Source: a virus | Length of the DNA stretch: 64,000 nucleotides | Strand: one strand, 5' to 3' | Virus record (IMG/VR): IMGVR_UViG_3300010885_054390 | Coordinates: 16,255 to 80,254 of that record | Part shown: piece after piece, positions 25,951 to 34,900 of the stretch | Position numbering within the stretch: position 1 is the stretch's first letter | How the letters are laid out: the number at the start of each line of letters is the position of its first letter | Program-made: the position numbers and the translations under genes | The notes under the pieces: generated by a model | Told to the model about the DNA's origin: nothing | The model's input: only the letters and a program-made list of their open reading frames with translations | The model's database searches: none

Positions 25951-28900
25951 TTCTTCTGCCTGCTTAGCTCTTCATTGTAAGCCTTGCTTACGCCCATAAT
26001 AATCTCTTTTTGCCTGTCTTTTAGAGCTTTGATTTCGGCGGAGCGATCATCGCCACCCTCCTCGGATTGCTTCTGAATAGCTTTGAGTTGTTGCTTAACC
26101 TTCTGAAGCTGGCCGCTAGCGCTTCTAACAATCGGATAAACGTTAATTTCCGCAGCGTATTTTTCTGACGCTTTTTGCGCTCCTTCGGTATCGCCCCGTC
26201 CACCGAGTAGTTTCTGCTCTTCAATGGCAGTGTAGGCAGCCTGTCGAATTGCCGAAAATCTTTCGTAGTCAGCGTAGCTTGGTTGTTCGCCTACGAACCT
26301 GCGGAGGATCGGGATGTCGTTTAACCCAAGGCTCTCATTCGGATTGAGAATTTTCTCCGGTAGCGAAGCCACACGAAGGATGGTCGATCCAACTGCACCG
26401 GTCAGATAGCCCGCAAAGTAGTCCATATATTCTGGCGAGAACGACAAAGCTCCCTCGCGAACTTCATTGCCGCCGGAGATTTCGTTCATAAACTTTGTTA
26501 AGTGTTTAAACGCAGGAGTTACACTGTTGAAGTATTTCTCTGAAGCCGGCGTGGGTGAGGCGTCGCCGGGGAAGTCGGAGGGCGTGATTGGCCTGCCCGC
26601 CCAGTCTTGGTTTAAATAAATATCTGTCAAAGGCTGGAAAACTGTGGGCGTAAGTGATGATAGTAGGTTTCTAGCCCCGCCGATGGGGTTAAAGCTCTCC
26701 ATAAGAGTTTCGGCCATTCGAACTGCCGTATTCCCGTTTGTCTTCTTACCTAGCACCAAGTCGGACAGAATGTTTCCAGTGTGCCAAAAAGTGTTGTACC
26801 CGTAAGGCAACGGGAGGGATACGTACCTTCCCTTGGTTCCGGGGAGCATAATAATGATGTTTGTACGCTTTTTAAACTCGGGAACCTTTGACCAAAAGCT
26901 TTCGCCATCCTCATCATCTCCACCCGAAGCCTCGTTAAACATACTGGCCAACAACCCAGAGGTCACCGCCCCAACTGCTAACTTCCGAACCTTCGGAGAG
27001 GTTGCCACCGACTGCACCAGTCTGGCCGAGCCCTGTAGGGAGGCATTAAAGAACAAATAGATGCTGTTAAACACCGGCCCAGCCTCGCCCTTCTTCGTAA
27101 AGTTTACGGTAGCGTTTCTGGCAATCGCAGCGGCCTGCTGATCGGTGGCTCCCAATTCTCTTGCGTGATGAAAGACGGCTAAACGAGTGGCATTTTCTAC
27201 GCCCCCGTTCATTTTTTCAATCCAATTAGATGATGCCTTTAGAAACTTTTGAGCTGAGTTGGGGTCTTTCCCGTCCACAATCTTTTGAATGTCTTTTATC
27301 TGTGTTTCAATGTCCCCGGTAACCCATCCAATTAGCTTTCCGCCGGCCTTCAAGAAAGCTCTGTAGCTGTCGCCCCACTCATCTTGAGTAGAGTTGGGGT
27401 TAAATTCTTCCGCCAGCGAAGTCCGAAGCGGTTTTAGCGAAAGCACTGACTTCACTACCCTACCGGATAAATCTTTATACTGTTCCGCAGATAAGTTGAA
27501 GGCTGCGGTCTGTAAGTCTCGGATCGGATTAGTAAAGAAGAACTCCGGGCTAAGGCCAGTCCGGGTAATTGAAAGCAAACGGTTAAACGTTGCCAAGGCC
27601 CCCACTACTTTGCTCGACCAATTCTCGCTATTGATGCCCCCGTTTTTAAGATTTCGAACAAGATCGGGGTTTTTAATCCGGATAAACTTGGTCTCCCCGT
27701 TAATTTTTGTAGCAAAAATATCGTCTTGGTTCATCCAAGTTGGGTCAATAAAGTCTCTGGCGTATTGGAAGGCCTCTCCTGATTCTGGATCTTTTCTGGT
27801 TACTAGCCTCCGAACTGTCTGGGGCTTCGCAATCTCCCATAGATCGCTGTCGGGGTATGCCTGCACCAACTCATAAAGGGCATTTCCGAGAACGTTCTTT
27901 TCCGCTCTGACGATACCCGCTGCGGCACTATTCATTGCATAGGCTAGAATATTTTCTGCCCTGCTCAGACGACCTAAGGTCGGCTTAACTTCTTCACCAC
28001 GGATATTAAATCCTTTTCCAGTGGCTTGCCCGCTAGTAGCGATTTCTTCCGCCGTGGCTCCGGGGATTCCCTTTAGCGGAACATAATCTTTATACCTGTC
28101 GGTAAGAGCCTCGAATAAGGGTCGGGAGATCAATCCTTCGTCTAAACGTTGTCGGAGGGCCCCGTCAATCATTTGCCGGATCATCTGGCGGGACTCCTCA
28201 AGCTGAGTGGCTCTATCGTCAGCCTTGTACTTGGCGATCAAATCGTCTGCCTCTGCGTCGGTCATTCCCGAGCCTCTTTCGTGAAGTTGTTCTATGTATT
28301 CTTTGTTCTTCTTGGCCTTGTTGTATTTGGCGAGCTCTTCTGGTGTTGCGTCCTCTCCGGGGAAATAGGGCTCTGGGGGCATGGGATTGATAAGTCGGAT
28401 ACGTGCGTTCCGCTCTTTCGCGTGCAGGGCGTACATAAACTCCTCAATCTCGGCTGTCGAGATTCCCGAGCTCCTAAGCTTTTGAAGAATGGGCTCGACT
28501 ATGTTTTCGTTGAAGTCAGTTAGGCGTGCTCCGACCTTTCCGTGGTAGAGCTCCTCAAGTTGATAGGCGTTTAAACTGTCTGGCAGCGGCTCGCCAATTT
28601 GTTTCTCAATGGATTCTTGGATCTTCTTTAAGTCAATAAACCTATCTTGCCAAAATCTTCTCAGGCCGAGGATTTTGTCTGCATTCGTCACATACTTCCC
28701 GAGAAGCTCTCTAGCAAATCTCGGCAAGAAAGGAACTTTGCTTTCGTCAAAGAACACTTTGTTTTCCGGTTGGTACTTGAATCCACCAATAGGGGCCGCG
28801 CCTAAAATGTCGGGCGAAGAAGTGAAGTCCGAGTTCAGTCCATTTGCGAGCTTTAGCTGGTCTGCATTGAAAACGACAAACCTTGAGTTCTGTGCTTTAT

Positions 28901-31900
28901 CATCCGTATTGGCTTCTCCTAGTTCAATGGAGTCAAAGCCAAAACCTTTGAGCACCCCTTGGAAAAATGTATTCGCGAAGGCTGTGGAGTCTGCCAAGTG
29001 CGGGTAGCTTTGCTCCTCAATCGCATCGGCTGTAGTTTTAATTCTTTCGGAAACTTCAGATAGCTTCATTCCAGTTTGATCTGCAATAGCCTTCGAAAGC
29101 ATTGGGACAATCGCCTCTTTAATGAATACCGAGCCATCAAAGACGTGCTCTGGAACCGAAGCCATTCGCAACGGATTCTCCGCCCTTACAAAAACAGGCG
29201 TTTTCATTCTTGGCTTGCCGTCTTTTTGATAGGCCTGCGCTACGGAGAATTGAACGTCATCTGCCCTGACCTGATCTCGGCTATATGTCAACGCCCCGCC
29301 CGGGGTGCTTAGAGTATTAGGGGCTCTAATATCGGAGGTTGCTACGTAGTATTGAACTGCGGGGCTTCCGTCTGGTCGAGTCACCTTGCTGTTCCCGAAC
29401 CAGTCTTTAAATTCTTTGAGCTTTGTAACTAAGTTTAAAACTTCGGAATCGGGAGTTGCCTTCAAAAAGTAAGGTAGGCGACTCGCAATAAAATCTCTTG
29501 ACGCTGGGGAAATCGACGGGAAGACCTCATGGGTCAAGACAGCCGTAAGAGCTGGCACCGAATCTCCTTTAAAAATTGTACGTAGGCGGTCGAAGGTGCC
29601 CCTATCTAACCCCTCTTCTTGGAAGTCAGCGACAACTTTCTCCATTGTATTGTTGAAGGCCTCGGCTGAATTCCTGAACTTCTCAATTTGTTTAAACAGA
29701 TCGTAGTTCCTGCGGCGGAAGTCGGGGTTGTCCAATAAGCCAACACGATAGTTTCCGTTTTCGTCTATTTGGTCGTCAGCCTCTAAATATGATTCTTCGA
29801 TTCGGCGTACGAAAGAATCAATAAAAGCATTCTTACGGATAGCTTTTTTATAATCAAAGGCCTTCCCGTTAAGGAAAACCGGTTTCTTTGCGTAGCCAAC
29901 AACCTTTGCCAACTGCATCTGCTGTTCGTCTGTCGGCTCTTTCGGCCCAGTAACCTTCAGGCCAGCGTCAGAGACCTCAACCTGAAGCCAGTTTTTCTTA
30001 AAGTTAGAAAGGTCTTTCTTGGAGAACAGCTCTGTTTCGGAAATTGAATCGAAGTTTCCGCCCTCAATTAAAGCTCCCTTTGCGGTCATCAGACCGCTCA
30101 CCGGGTTCTCTGGGTTAAACGTTGTGGCTCCAATTTCAGTAAGTTCTATTTCGCTCGGCTCAATTGGAGTAATCCTCGCAGCATGAAGCCTGTCTCCGTA
30201 AACAATCTCTTTTGCGTCTTCAAAGGTAGCTCCGTTTGCCGTCTGCAAGAACCTCACTAAATCCTCCGACGGAACATACTTCGCAACAAAAGATGCTGCG
30301 TCTTTCAGGATTTCAGGGGAACCATTAAAGCGATAGGCTTCCGCCAGCTTTTTGTAGGCATCATCAAACAAGACTCTTTCGGCTGTTCCGTTTTTGGGGA
30401 CTTGCGGTAGCCTGCCGCTCGCAAATTTATTCGCGTCTAAACGATTTGCGGCCATGTAGCCTTCGTCCGGACTTAGCTTTGCTGTCTCTACATAGGTAAA
30501 CTTTCCATTGCTCTCCATCAAAGCCAAATTACCGCCAACTCCGGGCATCATAACAAATGCCTCGCCGGCCTTGGTACGCATTAACGGAACCTTGAACATC
30601 GAAGCAGTCGCGGCGAGAACTCGATCTTTGTTCTCTGAAGAGGCGTTAATTGCCCTTAGCAAATTGGTCTGAAAGCTTTCTTTCGTAGAAGCGCTAAAGC
30701 TCCCCAATAGGTCGTTCCAAAAATCAAGGACTGCCGTATTATTTTCAAAGACGCTAAAATCAGATATTACATTTTGAAGAGTCCTATTTTTTTCGTTTAC
30801 GTCAGTCCAATAGTTTTCACTCTCCATCTTTCTAGCAAAGGACATCTTCTGGAAACCCTTCATGCGTCGCAATGGGAAATTAAATCCCGCTACCGACCTC
30901 AAAAGCTGTTGGGATGGAGATGCGGCCCCAATGGTTGTATCTTGCTTGGGAGCTTCGACTTCCCAAGGAGCAGGTTCGTTTCTTCGGATCTCCGCTAGTC
31001 TCTTCTGTTCGGCTAAATACTTTTCATCGTCTTTCTTTACACCGGAGTAATTCAATTTCTTTTCCGGGTACATCATCTCCGGAAGAAGCTCAATTTCTTG
31101 TGCAGTCATACCCGGAAGTCGCTTGCCAGTAATCGGGTCGTACTCAGGTGCGCTACGCTTTGCGTAGGTTTTCGCCATAATAACAAGCTCAACTTCGGGT
31201 ATTCTTTGCCACTTCGTAAATTCTTCCGGAAGAAGAGCTACTTTTTGCTTTGCGTACGGGGCCGTTCCTTTTTCCGATTTAATATCTGAGTTGAGCAAGG
31301 AGTATCTGTGCGGGCCAAAGTTAAACCAACTATTCTGCCCCCTTGTTTCCGTTGTCAAAGCCCTCTGTGCATTGTCGGAAAACATCTGAGAATGCTTGAT
31401 CCAAGCATTTTCTTCCCCTCGGGGCCCGAAGCCGTAACCCTCTGCGGCGTGACCAAATAGGTCGTGAATTGCACGCAGTTTCTCGTTTAAACTTACTCCG
31501 TTTTCGTCTCGCTTTCCGAGGTAGGGGTGAGATTCTCCGCCAGTAAAATAGAACAACCGATTGTTGGAGCGAACATCCTTCCGCATTTCGGAAGAAGTTT
31601 CGTAGGGCTGACCTTCTTTTGTCCAAGGCTCAAAACGCATCCCCATCTTTTCTGTGGCAAACTTCCATTGCTCTTCAATCTCAGAAGCTAAAGATTCGTA
31701 GGCTTTTTTAACTTCTTCGGAAGGATCAAAGTCTGGAAGGTTTTCGTAGGCTTCCGCAATCTTAGTTGCCTCCTCTTTTCTGACTGGAACCCAAATGTGA
31801 TCCACCATAATCGGGCCACGGCGGGATGCCTCTTTGGCCTGTCTAAGTAGTCTGGCGCTGGATTGCGCCTTGCTCCAACCCCTTACGCGCCGATTGGCTT

Positions 31901-34900
31901 GCGGCGAGGCCGATTCTCCAACTGATCCTCCTCCGATAGCGGCCCGACTGACTCCGAGATGATAAGCCGCGAGCCCTTTGGTGAAATCGTCGGGGATGTC
32001 TTGTAGCCGATTCCCAAGTTGCTCAAGAAGTCCGGAGTAATCTTGTTGCTCGATGACTTGGATTTGTCCGAGCTCACTACGGGCTTCTTTGATGAGACCT
32101 TTGTAGGCTTCGAAGAACTTAGTGATTCTGTCTTGAGTTTGTTCATTTTGTTGTACTCCTAAGTAGAGGGTATTAGAGGCGGTGTCAATTCCGAACCCGT
32201 CTTCGAAGCCAAGCTTTCTAGCGTTGGCCACAAACTTGTTTAAACCGGATCGGTCTTTAAAGACAATCTCGTGCTCTACATCTGTGGGGTTAGTTACGTT
32301 AGTGTCGAAAATATAGACCGCCCTTTGAACTTCGGGGGTAGAAAACGGATTGGAGGCAAGCAAGGCCGCAAGGGGCTTGGGATCGCCCTCCGGAAGAGTG
32401 AATACAACTGACGGCTCCAATTGTAGCCCAACGTCTGGATTGTCCCATCCACCAACAGTATTTGTTGGGTCAGTTATGTTGTAGCCGAAGATCGAAGCAA
32501 GTTTCATTAGGTTCTTGCCACGCTTGGCAAACCTAGTTTCCGCCAAATTGTCTGCATTCTTCAGGCTCTTAAAGTTCCTATCGCGCATTGCAGCGACGGC
32601 GACCTTGGCGGCCCCAAAGATGTCCATCTCTCCGACGACATTCGAGATCTGGCCGGGAGTAAGCGGTTTAAACAGCGTTTTGCTTTTTGCGGGCCACCTA
32701 TCGTGAACTACGCCAAGCTCTAAGGAAATTGCTTTTTGAATCAATAGATCGATTTGGTCTCTACCGGGCTTGCCCTCCAAGAGAATATTGTTTCCGTCAT
32801 TCGTCATGCGGAGCCATCCACGGCTAAACATTTCATTGTTCACATTCTTGCCGAGGCTGTATCCGTATTTCTGCTGAAGGTCTTTATAAATTTCAGGCTC
32901 GTTCTCTTGGAGCCACATAATCATTTCGCCGGCGTGACTATCCATAGAATCCATTCCCTCGTAGCGAATTGCGGAGCTTTCTACTGGAATAATCTCGCCC
33001 TTTGGCCCCATCCAATAAGGATCGAAGTCGGGAAGTTTATCAATGGCTTTTGTGTTTGGCTCAGGGGTGATCTTAGCTGCGCCGAGAACGTCTCCCAAGC
33101 GATAGCGCTTCAGGCCAAGTTTCTTTAAAATTCCGGGGCTGGCATTTGCAAAACGAAGTGTTCCGATTTCTTTTATCATCGAAGGCCGAAGCGTTTCCGA
33201 CATCCACTTTTCAACTCGTTCCCTAGCCCTTTGCCTTCTTTTCTTTTCCCCCGAAGAAAGATTCCTAGTTCTGGTAGCATCCTTTTCGGACTCAAAGTAC
33301 CCTGTGATCTCAATCTTCTGTGAGTAGGGATTAAACTTTGCCTGTAGGTTTCCACGAAAGACGTTGTCGAAGATTTCTTTTTCGGCTCCCGTAAAAGGAG
33401 CTTCCGCAATAATCTTGTTTAGCTTTTGCCCTACGCTTTCTTTGCTTTCGCGACTAATTTTATCAAGGATCTCCGGCTCAACAGAAAGCACCGCTTGTCC
33501 ATTTTCATCGAAGGCTGCGTCCGTATACTCCGGAACTTCTTGCGATTCGATTGTATCTGGTACCTGCTCCCCCAGCCTATCGCCCCAGTTTGCCGTTACA
33601 GCCGTTTTAGCCTGCCCTGTTTCAGGATTTATGCTCGCTACCTTTTGGCTTTCATCCATTGAGTCAGTAAACGTCGGGGCATTGGGGTCTTCATCTGGGA
33701 GTACGGTGGCTTGGTCTTCGACGGAAGCGTCTATTTGAGGGGTTACGTCTTCCTCCATTTGGGGGTCGCTCTGCTCGTCAACTTGCTGTTGAATCGGCGT
33801 TTCGGTTTTATCTGACGGGCCTTTTTTCAGCTTTTGCTCTAATTCAGTGCTGATTAAACGCGAAAGTTTGTTCTTGATGGAGCGGAACACGGCTGTTTTT
33901 TGTTCCTCCTTACTGCCATTCTCTGGGAAATTTGTCTCTCGGGATGCGGTCATCAAATAGATAAGAGCTTCGTTTGCAACTTCGGAAGGGGTCTTAATGC
34001 CCATTCTCTCTAGCTCAAACTTGAACACCGGATTATTTCGAATGTATCCCGCAAAATACTTAACGGTTTCATTCACCATCTCCGGGTCATTAATGAGCGA
34101 GTCCAAGATCTTGTCGGCGTTCGGGTTTACATCCTCACCCATCTTGCTGTTTACGGTTACATCAATAGAATTGAAGTATTGCCCCTGTGCCGCTTCCTGA
34201 CCTCTCGGCGTCTCTCTTGTAACGGGAGCCGCGCCTAATGTCTCTTCATCCTCTGGAATAGACAAGGTTGGCTCGTCGGGCATTTGAGCTTTTTGTTCTT
34301 GAGGCTTTGATTTACCAACAAAAGCCTCGAAGGATGGAATAGGTACTTCGTCACCTTCTTTTGCCTTCACAATACTGTCACGAATCATCTGCCGGTACTC
34401 TGTTAGCTTCTGCGAGGCCTGCACCGGATCGCCAAGTATCTTTTTTGCAACTAAATTGCGGATTGTAGTCTCTCGTTTTTGAAGAGTTGCTGAGTCTTTC
34501 TTGCGGTCTTTCCCATCCCGACGCCTACCAGAATCATAGGCATCCGCGCTATTTTGATCTGGGAATACCAACCTAACGCTCCCGTACTTTCCGCGAGCCT
34601 GAAAGCGTTTAAGCGAAGAAGGGTTTACCTTTGCCGGAGTTTCTTTTTTTGCTGGCTTTGGAACTGGTGTCGCTTTTGCCTTCGGAGCTGGCGCCTTAAT
34701 CTTTTCGGCTTCTATTTCTTTCCGAATGTTGTCCCTAACAACGTTTAAAGCATCGAGCTGACGGTATCTGTCTTGCTCCAATTCCACTTCGTCAGGAACT
34801 GGGGACGCTTCAATCTCGGCAATCTTGTTTGAGGTTTCGTCAAACTTTGCTTGAAGCGTTGCAAGCCTTGAGGGCTGTTGCGGCTCTAATGTAGCAGGGA

